Notes: generated by a model from the letters alone, not told the origin. DNA of 62,055 nt, filler included, from Globobulimina sp. (GCA_003354225.1; 24 parts of 24 records of this genome joined end to end with filler, not necessarily neighbours in it), one strand, 5' to 3'. Positions 22,381 to 34,711 are shown, counted from the first letter of the whole stretch. Translations and numbers: made by a program.

Positions 22381-23215
22381 TTGTGTACAGTACACCTACT
22401 GTCGTTTCCAGTTTGTTTTTGCACCATAAATAACATAAACAGCCCTGCCAAGAAACATAAAAATTCTTCAAAGTTATCAACATTTATTAAATCAAAGTGG
22501 AACAATATTAAGACAAAAAGACCACGTTCACCTAAAAATGGACAAAAGTCGCCAAGACCACCTAAAAATGATGATGATTTTATCAAAAATTATAATCGAA
22601 ACAGTCCAAATAATGTGACCGACATTGAATCATTAGATCTCAGACGTAAGATATTTGTGAGTTTGCTGCATCTTTACCAGTCATGGCAAGAATGCCCAGC
22701 ACATATTTTATATTCAGCCATATTTATATTGCCGTTGAAACGAGATTGGATCTATGATCCATCGAAATATATGAAGGAGTTAAGAACAAATATGATCTCT
22801 AAAATCGGCTGGTTTTCAGGTTTGCTTTGCACATTGCCACAATATTAATGTTCAGAATTCAGATGCATACAATTAATATATTTAAATAAGATGTTGCTAA
22901 AATCGCAGAGTTTGTAGACTTGTTAGAATGGAAAGACTCGCAAGGTCTTATCTTTTGGATGTTGGATATTGAAGCTGACGCTGACGAGAATCAGATAAAT
23001 AACTTAGTACATCCGTTTTGGACCGATTTGAGTCAGAAATTAAGCAATTTATATGATCCTGTAACCGGACGTAAATATAAAGCAATTAATTTCGACGCAA
23101 AATGGTGGAAAAATAAAGAGAAATATGAGAGTAAATATGATGTAAAAACGGCATCAATTTTGGCTGAATTGTATTTTTCAACCATGAAATTCAAGAGTAT
23201 GCAAGAAATATTATA
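22381..23215 (+). CDS. Hypothetical protein fragment, intron 22820..22890
   Basis: A 71-nt GT-AG intron joins ORFs 22381 and 22920 in frame (WFS/DVAKIAEF). Confidence 0.6.
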
Positions 23216-23315
23216 NNNNNNNNNNNNNNNNNNNNNNNNNNNNNNNNNNNNNNNNNNNNTTAATTAATTAANNNNNNNNNNNNNNNNNNNNNNNNNNNNN
23301 NNNNNNNNNNNNNNN

Positions 23316-23910
23316 TTTCATTATCACCATAATCACCAAATACCTCACAATATCTAACATAAAATATAAAATTCTTTGGTTTTCTCTTTTGTTGCACTAA
23401 TTCTTTGGTTTTATTTACAACCTCAATCGCGTGGTCTCCTTGCATATAATTCACTTTTTTCAATTTATATTTTGCTTCGATTGCAATATATGCTTTGTCG
23501 TCATATGCGATTAATTTCCATGCCGGTTTTTTCCTCCTTAATGATGATTTATGTCCATTCAATACATTCTCATAAATCCATGTCCCTTTTTGCCGCGATA
23601 AACCTTCCGATTGTCGCTGCCGATAAATATATGCGATGACATGCAATTCTTTTACCAATCCGAGTATGCTAAAAATATAATTTACAGCTAAAAATAGCAT
23701 ATAAAAATAGAATAAAACATACCAATTATATCCCAACGTCATTCTCTTTTTGCTTTTGCACTCTTTTACTGTTGCTTCAGTACAGCGAAATAGATCAATT
23801 TTATCTGCATCGACAGTGTTTGTCTCAATTTTCTCGTCGTCCTCGTCCTTACTCTTAGTTTTCTCATTGCAATCACTCTCCGAATCACTCTGAAGAAGCT
23901 TATCATCATC
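23316..23910 (-). CDS. Hypothetical membrane protein fragment (no clear start, truncated)
   Basis: The frame stays open upstream of 23742 through an acidic/Lys tract, right up to the start of the opposite-strand MFS gene. One TM segment. Confidence 0.5.
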
Positions 23911-23912
23911 TG

Positions 23913-25340
23913 ATGAGTTTATTACAAGAATTGAATAGGAACACTTCGTTACTCAATAAAGAGGAACGTGAATCAGAACAGAAACAGTACCATCAAACAC
24001 TGAAAGAATCTACACAGAAAATTTCGATTCTCTCTTGCATGGTAGCTTTAGAAGCATTTTTATACTCTGCAACCCAATACATTGTCATCAAAAACATGAA
24101 AGAGTTATCTCCAACCACAAGCATGGCACAAATTACCTCGATATTATTTGGCGCCACTATATTTCATGCTTTCACAGAATCATTTTTAGCTCAATTGGGT
24201 GACAGGTTCAAGCATGATACAATTATGATTCTCGTAATGTTAATGGATTTAATTGGATTGATTATAATTGATTTACCAATGTCAAACAATTTGTTACTGT
24301 TTTCAGTTGGATGGTACATTTTGAACATGGGAGATACATCTCTGTCATTGAAAGCTTATACAGCGTGGGTATTGCCTCATAAATATACAGTCATGTACAT
24401 CTCGAGATTAATGACAGTAGTTGGGATTATTTATTTGTTTGGTCCCATAGTGGCCGGTGTATTGGTGGAATATTTCAATTACAAATCAGTATTTTATATG
24501 GGCGCAATCATTAAATTTGTAAATGTTTCAGTAATGATTATATTCTTTCGTGGATCACAAACAAAATTAGAGCGCAAACAACGAAGATATTCCTCACTTT
24601 CATTCTCTGAAGGTGACAAATCGGAAAGATTTCCTGTCTGTATACAAATGGAGAAAATATCAAACAATGCTGATGACAAAGGTTGGCATTCATTCATCGC
24701 AAATACAAAAAAGAGTACATTGGTTATATTATTATTAGCCATCATTTCAAACTGCCTTTGCTTCTGTTTTGAAGCAATTTTGGGACAATTTTTTGCTGTA
24801 TTTCTGACAAATAATTTTAAAGATATTTCAGTCTTGTATACGTCATTCATTATGACAGCGGCAGTGATTTCATTTGCTGTAGGGAATATTCTCACACCGA
24901 TATTAATACCAACAGTTTTACCTATACACATTTGGGCTGTTACCATTAGCACATTTATATCTGCAGTGATTTCTCTATTATGCACAGGGATTTTTATTCC
25001 CACAAACCATCTCATTTTCTTTTGGATAACGATGCCTTTCGTCGGATTGTTTGGTGGATTTGACTACATGTTAACAGAGTTGGTACAATTAGAGGTAATG
25101 CCAAAAGAGCATTCTGGAAAAATATTTGCAGTAAAAGGGTTTGTACAATGTTTATTGAATGCATTGAGTACTTGGGTGGTGGGTTTATTTTGGACTGCGA
25201 CAAGTTCCAATTCGATGTTTTACGTCGCTGCAGTTTGTTTTCTCATTCCATGTGTTTTATCACTGCCAATCGGAATTTTGGGAAGGAAAATTAAAACCAC
25301 TCGCATTGGGTATAGTGACGGAGTTCATTCAGTTCAATGA
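23913..25340 (+). CDS. MFS transporter (~12 TM)
   Basis: LGDRFKH motif-A-like, FGPIVAGVL, VMPKEHSGKIF; two 6-TM halves. Confidence 0.85.
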   Translation: MSLLQELNRNTSLLNKEERESEQKQYHQTLKESTQKISILSCMVALEAFLYSATQYIVIKNMKELSPTTSMAQITSILFGATIFHAFTESFLAQLGDRFKHDTIMILVMLMDLIGLIIIDLPMSNNLLLFSVGWYILNMGDTSLSLKAYTAWVLPHKYTVMYISRLMTVVGIIYLFGPIVAGVLVEYFNYKSVFYMGAIIKFVNVSVMIIFFRGSQTKLERKQRRYSSLSFSEGDKSERFPVCIQMEKISNNADDKGWHSFIANTKKSTLVILLLAIISNCLCFCFEAILGQFFAVFLTNNFKDISVLYTSFIMTAAVISFAVGNILTPILIPTVLPIHIWAVTISTFISAVISLLCTGIFIPTNHLIFFWITMPFVGLFGGFDYMLTELVQLEVMPKEHSGKIFAVKGFVQCLLNALSTWVVGLFWTATSSNSMFYVAAVCFLIPCVLSLPIGILGRKIKTTRIGYSDGVHSVQ

Positions 25341-26144
25341 TTTAAACACAGTAATTTTAAATTATTGCGAATCAAACAAAAATGTTGATACAAATTTCAA
25401 ACCAATTTTCGTCCTGATTTTTTCCTTTAAATTTTACGTCTTTTTGATTTCATTTTTTTTACCTCTTTTTGACATGTGGAGGATGAGTCATTGGCTCCAA
25501 AATTGGAGGTTTAGTGGATAAATCCATTTTGGATTTGATTCTGGTGAATCGATGTCCATCTGTTAAGAGTAGTCTGTAATTATAGTAGGTGTCAAACATT
25601 GAGTAATTTGTAAGTTTTCACTTAAGCTGAGCGCATCTAAGTCTGATATCGATGTGGCTATTGATTGTGTGCGGTGTAGGCTATAATTATCGACCATTTG
25701 TGCGTTGTGTGTTACAGATTGACCCAATTCTAATCACTGCACTGGCCCAAATGACACAAAATAAATTAGTTTTAAGGCAATCCACACATTTTATATCCAA
25801 ATCCTNNNNNNNNNNNNNNNNNNNNNNNNNNNNNNNNNNNNNNNNNNNNTTAATTAATTAANNNNNNNNNNNNNNNNNNNNNNNNNNNNNNNNNNNNNNN
25901 NNNNNACTGTTTGTTTGTTTACTTTGTTGTTGTTGTGTGTATTTAGTTTAATTTAAATTCAAAACAATTAATTCCTTGCAATTTGTCACAAGTCACTTTC
26001 TAGTCCCTCCGTCAGGGTGACTCTCCGGCATTATTGAAAATGTAGCAATTTAAAACTGCAGAAAAACTATGTTGATGCCAGTGCAAAATTAACCTCAAAA
26101 CTTTATTTTCATTGACTTTAAAACATGTCAACAGCTTTTGCATT

Positions 26145-28334
26145 ATGTCTACGATAACTTGGCAAGTATCTGGTAAGGAATTGACATCATTTCTACAGGC
26201 CAAAAACAACAAACTCTACAAATCAAATGCATTTTATTTGAATGGCCATGGTTCCAATAATTCAGCCAAATTTATGTTAGAATGTTATTCAAATGGAATG
26301 AATAAAGGAGAAGAAGGTTCAGTCGATTTATTTTTAAAAATGTTAATTTTACCGGAACACGCTTCAGATATAACCATTCGATATAGTTTGCAATGCGTAG
26401 AAACAAACACATCCTTCACAAAGATAAAGAAATTTAATCGAGAAACTACAAACAGCTGCTGGCCATACAACACTTTGAAATTAAACGAATTGAAATATTT
26501 ATCATTAAGTATCCTCACTTTCGAGTGCGATCTGCAAATAATATCCATCAGATATAAGAAAACAAAGTCAGTCATTGGATTTGTCAACAAATATATTGCC
26601 AACACGCCTGACATGAAAATGCATAAATACACCTCCTTCACATGGAACATTTGCAATATTGAATATGATAATTTTATGAATTGCAAAAACAGAAAACAAA
26701 TAAATTCAGAAACGTTTGGTGGTAAATACGCGCAGCATTATCAATTAGAATGTTATCCCAATGGAACAAACCTAAACCAGCGAGGCAATGTTGTCCTGGG
26801 CCTCTCCCTCTTATTATTACCACCGCTGATATCCTCCTGCAAATTATTCTATTCCTTTGAATGTGTGCAAGCGCATAAAGAATGGAGCGATGTTCATAAT
26901 TTTAACTACGAGAATAGTGTCAAAGGATGGCCCGTCGGACTCATTAAACAGGATTTATTATACAAACAGACGAAAAAAAGGAAACACATCACCTTCAAAT
27001 GTCATATTGAAATACTTAAATTATATTCATATACAAATCAGGAAATACACCCGAAATATTGGCAGAGATTTATTATTGACAATACAGAAGCAATTAAGCA
27101 AGCAAATATTATCAGCACTTTACAGAGAACCATCGATATTATGAAGAAAGAGATATATTTATTGCAGAGAGAGAGACATAACAATAATAATAATATGCGT
27201 CATTTCAGCCCCTTACCACCAGTCAATGCGCAGTACAATCATCCCCCGGCAGGTAATTATAACCATAACCACACTCAGAAAAAACGGAGACATCCGCGCA
27301 GTCGGTCTGATATGGAGCAATTAGCAATGCATAAACCGGCCAATTTCCATCCTTATCGGGCCAGTCAGAGCCATCATGATAATGAGCATAAAAGGAAGAA
27401 AAAGAAGAATAAACGAGGCAAAATGTATGGATCGGTGAATGGTTTGATGCGAATGTCGCCTTTGGGCGATGTTGGTGGTGACAATGACGAGGATTCAAAT
27501 TATAAGAATTGGTATAATGATCCATATAAAAACAAGAGGAACGACAACGAATTTGCAAAAAAACAGAGGACAAAAACCGATGAAGGGTTTGCAGCAAATA
27601 TTAAGTCATTTGTACAAATTAATGATTTGGTGAAAAGCGATATGGTGAAACAAATGGAAACCGCTCATGACCAATTTAATCCATTTTATAATCAGTTGCC
27701 TTCCAATTCGCAAATAAATGGGACCGATGTCACTGGGAACAGTGGGGACAGTGATTGTAAATATGATAAAAATGATGAAAATGTGATGCACAATCAAAGT
27801 ATTGGCATGCCTGGGAAAATAAAGCAAAGCCTTGTGAAAAAAAGTAAATCTGTAATATATAAACAGAATCATCAGAATAATAATAATTATCGTAAGCGAC
27901 GTAAACCAGAGAGAAATAATAAAACCAAAGGATTTCAACGGAGTCAGTCTGAAAAGAAGATATTTTCGCATAGGAATACGTATAAATATAACAATAACGT
28001 TTCGAAACCGAAACCGAGACAGAAACCACAGAAACCAATTCGTCCACAATATGTGGAGGATTATGCGGATAATGGGGACAATTATAGTGATTATGAGAGG
28101 AATGAATTGCAAAAATGGTTATGTCTCGAGATGGGATTTAATATAAAATATTTTAATTTATTTGTGCAAAATGGATTTGATAGCATTGATCTCATTGTCC
28201 AGTTAAATGAAAACGATTTAATTCAAATTGGTATAAATAATAGAAAATATAGACATAAATTATTAAAAGAATTTGCTAAAATTAATCAATTTAAACAAAC
28301 AATAGTACCAATTGGACATGGACATTATATATAA
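26145..28334 (+). CDS. Tandem MATH/TRAF-like domains + low-complexity region + C-terminal SAM
   Basis: Two repeats of W..S..F..LECY(S/P)NG..V.L.L..W..TF.C.I. The C-terminal LQKWL..YFNLFVQNGFDSID..LNENDLIQIGI..RHKLL is SAM. Confidence 0.85.
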   Translation: MSTITWQVSGKELTSFLQAKNNKLYKSNAFYLNGHGSNNSAKFMLECYSNGMNKGEEGSVDLFLKMLILPEHASDITIRYSLQCVETNTSFTKIKKFNRETTNSCWPYNTLKLNELKYLSLSILTFECDLQIISIRYKKTKSVIGFVNKYIANTPDMKMHKYTSFTWNICNIEYDNFMNCKNRKQINSETFGGKYAQHYQLECYPNGTNLNQRGNVVLGLSLLLLPPLISSCKLFYSFECVQAHKEWSDVHNFNYENSVKGWPVGLIKQDLLYKQTKKRKHITFKCHIEILKLYSYTNQEIHPKYWQRFIIDNTEAIKQANIISTLQRTIDIMKKEIYLLQRERHNNNNNMRHFSPLPPVNAQYNHPPAGNYNHNHTQKKRRHPRSRSDMEQLAMHKPANFHPYRASQSHHDNEHKRKKKKNKRGKMYGSVNGLMRMSPLGDVGGDNDEDSNYKNWYNDPYKNKRNDNEFAKKQRTKTDEGFAANIKSFVQINDLVKSDMVKQMETAHDQFNPFYNQLPSNSQINGTDVTGNSGDSDCKYDKNDENVMHNQSIGMPGKIKQSLVKKSKSVIYKQNHQNNNNYRKRRKPERNNKTKGFQRSQSEKKIFSHRNTYKYNNNVSKPKPRQKPQKPIRPQYVEDYADNGDNYSDYERNELQKWLCLEMGFNIKYFNLFVQNGFDSIDLIVQLNENDLIQIGINNRKYRHKLLKEFAKINQFKQTIVPIGHGHYI

Positions 28335-28549
28335 TATTATTATCGACAAAACAAATTGTATTAACTGTTATTAGTGTTGTTTTTTCTAAATTTTTNNNNN
28401 NNNNNNNNNNNNNNNNNNNNNNNNNNNNNNNNNNNNNNNTTAATTAATTAANNNNNNNNNNNNNNNNNNNNNNNNNNNNNNNNNNNNNNNNNNNNATCAA
28501 AAGATAGTTTCTTTATGTAAGTGTGAGGTGGGTTAATATTAATGATGTA

Positions 28550-30700
28550 ATGGAGAGTAGCAAATTAAAAGTCGCTAAACTTTTGTTTAAAAACGGACAA
28601 TATATTGAATGCAAGCAATTGATTTTAGAAATATTGAACAAAACCAAATATTGTCAGAATTCTAACTTATTTGTGAAATTAGGCGATATATCTATTAAAT
28701 TAAGTGAATATGATGAAGCTAATAAATACTATCAACGATCCATTGAGTTGGATCCGATAAATCCATCCACTTATCTTAAATTAGGCAATTTGTTACAATA
28801 TTTGAATAATAATACTAATAATAATGCTAAAATAAAGCATATGTATGAAAAATGTATTGAATTAGACCCACAAAATGAAAAATGTTTGTTTAATTTTGCT
28901 AAGGTAATGCGCAAAGAAGCTAATTACAAACAATCAGTTGAATATTATGGTAAATGTTGCATTGAAAGAGCATGTGTCAATTATCACTATGCTTTGTCAT
29001 TACTGGCACAAAATCCGTCGGACAAAAAACACCAATATCATGCAATGCGTTTACTGCAACGAGCTACCGAATTAAAACCAAACATAGCTAAATATCATCA
29101 TAAATATGCATTATGTTTACAAAAGTTAGGTTTTCATAAAAAAGCGGATATAGCGTTTAGAGCAGCTCTGCGAAACAATAAAGATATTGACATATTAACT
29201 GATCATTCATTGTTTATCTCAAATTATTTGCAGACCGAAGGTGAAATTGAAGGGATTAAATTAATTATTTATACATTTGAGAAAAGCATAACTTACTGGA
29301 ATATTAATATCAAGTATAACCATCGCGAACTAAATCGGATGTTTGGAGGGATAGACCGTATAAACAGACTTATGACTCATTTCCGGAAAATAAAATTCGA
29401 AAATAAGAATATAAAATTAGCCATAATAGCAAACAATGTACAGCTTACAACACGATTACTGAAACAGGTGAGACTTGACACATATTTCACGGACATTATA
29501 ATGACAGATAATAAAATGAGTGGTTTGTTAGTAACTATGCAGCAAATAGCACGTAAACACAATGTGAAATTGGATAAAAATGTATTATTTGTAGATTATG
29601 ATTTGAATCATATAAATATGATATCAAAATACTGTAAAACATATCATATAAATTGCGAGTATGTTATGAACGGACTCTCATTGAGGAATATGATGGAAAT
29701 AGAAGCATTATTAAACGGTAACGTATCTGAGTTAAATAATTGCAATGAAGAATCAAAGGAAGTGACAGCAGAATCACTTCAAAAAATTGATAAATACATT
29801 TATTTGAATATAGTAAAAGAGATTGGACGTATGAATTGGAAACGAGATTCAATCGATGGACTGCCGGTTATTCAATGGATTCGACACAATTGGCAGCACA
29901 AAGATTATCAACATTTATTTCTTGAGTTTGCACATAAATATAAACTAATTCGTCAATGCAAATTCCGTTATCATTGGTGGACAATTTTGAACATTGTACC
30001 AAAATTGATATCTTTAAACAATATTGATTCCGCAATAAATGATGAACGATTGTTACTAAAATATGCAAAATCTCTATCACAAATAGGGCACTTTGATGAA
30101 GCGGAGAAATATTTTCAACGATTACTGCAAGAAAGTGACCACTTTGCTGTTGTACTGGAATATGCATTTCATTTGAAACAATGTGCAAAGTTTTATGAAT
30201 CAGTGCAATGTTTTAAGAAATTGGAAATGAATGGAACTTGTATGGAAAGGAACGCATATCGAATATATTCAGGTTTAGCTGGTTGTTATAATGAAATGAA
30301 ATTATATAAAAAGGCTGAGATTTATTTTAAATTATGTACTCAATATAAAGTTGGAAATCATAGGATCAATGCACATTTTTTGTATGGTAAATTTTTGCTT
30401 GAACAGGAAAGATATAACGAGGCTGAGTTTGAATTAAGATTCGCAAATGAATTGGGACGTAATCGACACTTTACAAGTTGTTTGTATTTAAGTAAAACAT
30501 TGTTGAAATTGAAGAAATATCAGCAGTATGAATACTATTTGAATATGACACTAAGAATAAACCCGGATTGTATTGCAGCACAAAATGATTGGAGTAAATA
30601 CCACAAGACACAGTTTGATAATTTAAGAGACAATTTTGAAAATGAAGAGGCTGAACCAATCATAATATCACGACATAAATGTGTTACCGGAGGTGTTTGA
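28550..30700 (+). CDS. TPR protein with an internal degenerate HAD-like domain
   Basis: TPR motifs (YDEANKYYQRSIELDP) at both ends. Central KLIIYTFEKSIT..FGGIDRI..LAIIANN..VLFVDYD. Confidence 0.8.
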   Translation: MESSKLKVAKLLFKNGQYIECKQLILEILNKTKYCQNSNLFVKLGDISIKLSEYDEANKYYQRSIELDPINPSTYLKLGNLLQYLNNNTNNNAKIKHMYEKCIELDPQNEKCLFNFAKVMRKEANYKQSVEYYGKCCIERACVNYHYALSLLAQNPSDKKHQYHAMRLLQRATELKPNIAKYHHKYALCLQKLGFHKKADIAFRAALRNNKDIDILTDHSLFISNYLQTEGEIEGIKLIIYTFEKSITYWNINIKYNHRELNRMFGGIDRINRLMTHFRKIKFENKNIKLAIIANNVQLTTRLLKQVRLDTYFTDIIMTDNKMSGLLVTMQQIARKHNVKLDKNVLFVDYDLNHINMISKYCKTYHINCEYVMNGLSLRNMMEIEALLNGNVSELNNCNEESKEVTAESLQKIDKYIYLNIVKEIGRMNWKRDSIDGLPVIQWIRHNWQHKDYQHLFLEFAHKYKLIRQCKFRYHWWTILNIVPKLISLNNIDSAINDERLLLKYAKSLSQIGHFDEAEKYFQRLLQESDHFAVVLEYAFHLKQCAKFYESVQCFKKLEMNGTCMERNAYRIYSGLAGCYNEMKLYKKAEIYFKLCTQYKVGNHRINAHFLYGKFLLEQERYNEAEFELRFANELGRNRHFTSCLYLSKTLLKLKKYQQYEYYLNMTLRINPDCIAAQNDWSKYHKTQFDNLRDNFENEEAEPIIISRHKCVTGGV

Positions 30701-31085
30701 AATAATTATTGACGACAGACTTTTTAGTAATATAAACTAGATCTTGCCAAATTAAAACATGTCCACTTTCATCAGAAAGTAATTATTTCATCAGAAAGTG
30801 CTGGATATGATCTTTAGCCTTTAGGAGATTCCATTTTTTATGATATTTTTTGGCGATGGTCATTAAAAGTAATACCAACTGCAATTTGCGAAGGTGAAGA
30901 AAAAGAGTGTGTTATCTGACAGAAAAAAGCAACTACAAAAACAAGTGAATGTTAATTGCTCAATCATTGCAGCTGCATTTGTTTGNNNNNNNNNNNNNNN
31001 NNNNNNNNNNNNNNNNNNNNNNNNNNNNNTTAATTAATTAANNNNNNNNNNNNNNNNNNNNNNNNNNNNNNNNNNNNNNNNNNNN

Positions 31086-31520
31086 TCATCCAACACAAAA
31101 ACACCATACACAGTCAAACAAAAAGTACGCCATTCTTCCACCGACTTATTCGACTTGTTCTTATTATAATATTTTAAGGCAAAGGCTAATCGTTGTAAAT
31201 GTTGACAGTTATCGATGATATTCGTTGTTTTATGATTGCAATTCATCTCAGTTTGTTTGAATAAATTTAAATCAATTTCATCGTGTTTATAATTTATTTC
31301 TTGTATCATGAATGGCCTTTGAGGCAACGGTAAGGGTTTTACTTTGTGGATTATGTGTTGTTTCAATTGGTTTTGAGTGAACACAACCGCTATGGTCTTG
31401 TATGTCTGCTGTAATGGTTTTATCTTTCTCATAATTTGTGTGATTTGCTGTTTCATCCTTTTCGGGTAATGTCTCATTAACACAACCCATGTGTTCTTGC
31501 AGCGTTTGACTAAAGGTCAA
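31086..31520 (-). pseudogene. Frameshifted fragment of an unassigned protein family
   Basis: Two overlapping ORFs in different frames; C..IIDNCQHLQRL..ALKYY segment; truncated by the contig edge. Confidence 0.4.
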
Positions 31521-31614
31521 TCGTGATTCTCTGGGACTCCCTGCTTCTTTTGAGATGCTTACACCTATATATCTCGGGACGGTTACACCGAGCTAAAAAA
31601 GTTTAAAAAAAAAT

Positions 31615-32412
31615 TCAATTTTGTTGGAGTGAGTCAATTAGATTCTCCAAATACTTGCTAAATACGGGATATTTTAGTGATTTTGTAAATAAACTCAATA
31701 CATTATCATTTCTTCCATTCGACTCAATCTTTTCTGTCAACATTTGTAATAAAACTTGATTCAAACCTTTGCATTGTGCATATTTCCGGAGATATTCACA
31801 AAATTTAATCAAATGTGAACCATTTAAATTGTCACCTTTTATTTCAATCAAATATAAAAATAGGTACATTCCATTCCATTGTTGATTAATTTCAGGCTCC
31901 AAAGAAAATATATATTCCAATACATTATCATGCACCAAATATTCAGCACAAATTGCTAAGCTCCATCCAAATTTCTTACTTTGTATGCTAACAATCAGTG
32001 CATTAATATCCCAGCTGTTATCCACCAAAACTTTAATAATATCTACACATTCCGCGCACTGCGCATTGCCAAGTAAATCAATCAATAATCTCCATTTTTT
32101 ATTTGGTTTAAATGCATTTAATTCATACATTCTATTACAAATTAAAATGCTTTTCTCCACAATCTCCTTCTTTGTCATATCATTGACATAATAATTAAAT
32201 GTGCCTAAATCTTCATCTTCAACCGATATATCCTCAATGTTCCAATCTTCGTCGTCGTCATCGCTTGTTTCTATTTCCGTGGCCATCTCTTCCTCCTCAG
32301 ATATGCACAGATCATTATCATCACTCTCCATTTTATTCAAATGGTAAAATATATATTTTATGAATTTTGAAAATTTTAATTTTGTATAATTTAACGAGTC
32401 GCAATGTTTCAA
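31615..32412 (-). CDS. Hypothetical protein, acidic N-terminus, weak ankyrin-like segment
   Basis: DIIKVLVDNSWDINA..GWSLAICA. Probable start at MESDD. Confidence 0.55.
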   Translation of the reverse strand: MKHCDSLNYTKLKFSKFIKYIFYHLNKMESDDNDLCISEEEEMATEIETSDDDDEDWNIEDISVEDEDLGTFNYYVNDMTKKEIVEKSILICNRMYELNAFKPNKKWRLLIDLLGNAQCAECVDIIKVLVDNSWDINALIVSIQSKKFGWSLAICAEYLVHDNVLEYIFSLEPEINQQWNGMYLFLYLIEIKGDNLNGSHLIKFCEYLRKYAQCKGLNQVLLQMLTEKIESNGRNDNVLSLFTKSLKYPVFSKYLENLIDSLQQN

Positions 32413-32473
32413 TACCTCCCAATATCTGTATATTAATACATTTCTTATTTATATATCATAATCAACACAGAAA

Positions 32474-33575
32474 TTAGAAACATAACATATCAATAAAATG
32501 TGTAGAATGCACTGTCAAATCGCAACATTTGCTCAATATTTCAGTGGCAGCACTTGGATGCAGAGCAATATAGTTTGCAAAATCTGCTCTATTCAATAGA
32601 ATGGCACTCAAACTATAAATACATTTCCATATTTTCTGTCCCATCAACACATTCCATGACGCCATCAGTTCAAAGGTCTGCATCTCAGCAATAACCTCCT
32701 TATCACTCAACACAGCATTTAACCAAAACTCAAAGTCCTTTTCATATTGAAACAGCTTGCAATGCGCTATCTTTTTAATCACAGATTTCTTTAACTGCAC
32801 AAAATCATTTTGCGGGCAACAAAATTGCGTTATATCTTGATACAAAAACGAGAGAACACAGAGCCAAATGTCGCTGATGGTATTACAATTTAACTGCTTT
32901 AACATTAACAGCAACTCATTCTGCAATGATTCAAATTCAACCACCAATGCATAGATATATATTGAAACGGAAAATAATTCGAAATCTTTGCCCGATATTT
33001 GCTTCATTTCATTTAATGTAATCATGTTTTCTTTCGCTTGATATTGGTCTTTTAATCGGGTGCAGAGCGTAAATGGTTGAATGCCGCGCAATAACAGGTT
33101 TTTTATATGTTTATTTGACGGCAATTTCCTAAATACATTGCCAAAGAAACGATGATCGAATCCGCGGCGGTATTTGTCATTTTCGTCGACGTATATTCGA
33201 ATGGTATACATTGAGGGCAGTTGCTGCGAATTGTGGCAATTTCGTAGCATATAATGATATAAGTTTGATATTGATGTTTGTTTAAAGGACATGTCTTTTG
33301 TTGCAGTGTATGATAATAACAAATGGATTAAATGTAAGGGAGTATATAAGATCCAGTTTGGATGCGGTATGCTGTTGTTATCGTTGTTGCGTTCGTGGCA
33401 AACAAATGATTCATTCATATTTGACCCATTATCAATTAGATACATTGTCATTGTTACGATATTATTCCACAGTAATTTCAGTTTATTTGTAGTTGGAATG
33501 TCGCGTATTTTGTGTAAAAATAATATTGCTACAGACAACGAGGCTAAATATTGACTCTCTTTTTTATATTCGATG
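32474..33575 (-). CDS. Hypothetical protein with ankyrin-like segment, 5'-truncated
   Basis: YLIDNGSNMNE..YTPLHL in a 354-aa ORF. Confidence 0.55.
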
Positions 33576-33675
33576 NNNNNNNNNNNNNNNNNNNNNNNNN
33601 NNNNNNNNNNNNNNNNNNNTTAATTAATTAANNNNNNNNNNNNNNNNNNNNNNNNNNNNNNNNNNNNNNNNNNNN

Positions 33676-34310
33676 ATAGTGGCCCTGGAAATCTTAGTCA
33701 TATTATAAATCATAATGATCATATTTGTAGTTATGATACGAAAGCATTTCATGAAATCTCTATTGTTACAAATTTATGTATTGATTCATTGGATGAATTC
33801 GAATATAATACATCCTTTTATATTGATTGTAATTCACAAAAAGTGAGTTACGAAGAATTTAATGATGCACAGTGTCAAACAAAAATTAAAGGTAATGCTT
33901 ATTTTGAAATAAGTGAAGGCTGTGATGATCCATTGGACATCAATGCATATGTCCAAATTGCACAATGTAATGATGCAACAGCAACAACAGGCGAATCGGC
34001 TGCATATCATCACCACGACATAGCTATCATATTTTCAATCGTTGTTGCTGTCATTATAATAATCTTAGTCATAATGATTGTTGGTGTTTTTATTAGAAGA
34101 AAAGGTGAATCACAATTGAATTCTGTCAATTTTCCACAAACAGAAATTTTTCAACCATTTAATGTTGATTTTCAAAGTATTGTTGATGAAACTGAAGCAA
34201 CTGAAGCTGCTGAAGCTGCTGAACCGCAATCAACGCAACATATTACAACTCAGGGACAGGATATTCAAGAAATTCCAATCATCAGTGATCCAAGTCATTA
34301 TATGAGATGA
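33676..34310 (+). CDS. Type I membrane protein, C-terminal fragment
   Basis: Cys-containing ectodomain, then TM (IAIIFSIVVAVIIIILVIMIVGVFI) followed by RRK. Confidence 0.7.
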
Positions 34311-34404
34311 CCTTTAATTTTAATTAATTTTACGAAATCAAACTGTTTTTTTTTTCACTTTTTCCAAACCCTTCTTATATTCTACATGGCTTTGTTCTTG
34401 GTAG

Positions 34405-34602
34405 CATATCAAAACATTTTCGGGTACCCCATGTTTTGCCTATCAAAAAAAGCAATATTCAACTACACTGTGTTTACATAAAAAGCAGTGGCTAAACAGT
34501 AAATATACTGTTTGTCTATTTGTTTTTTCAGAGAAAAACAGTGGAGTGGATATTGTTTTTTTGATATGCAAAACATGGGGTACCAGAAAATGTTTTGATA
34601 TG
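34405..34602. repeat. ~200-bp foldback palindrome (MITE-like)
   Basis: The arm 34405..34470 is a near reverse complement of 34539..34602. Central hairpin aaacagta-aata-tactgttt. Confidence 0.9.
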
Positions 34603-34711
34603 ATAATTAAGCATTTTATTAATATAGACTGTGTGTAGATTATAGTGTGAATTAGTTGAATCTCTATTTGAATAATTAAGCATTTTATTTGGTATTTTTT
34701 CGACAAATGCA

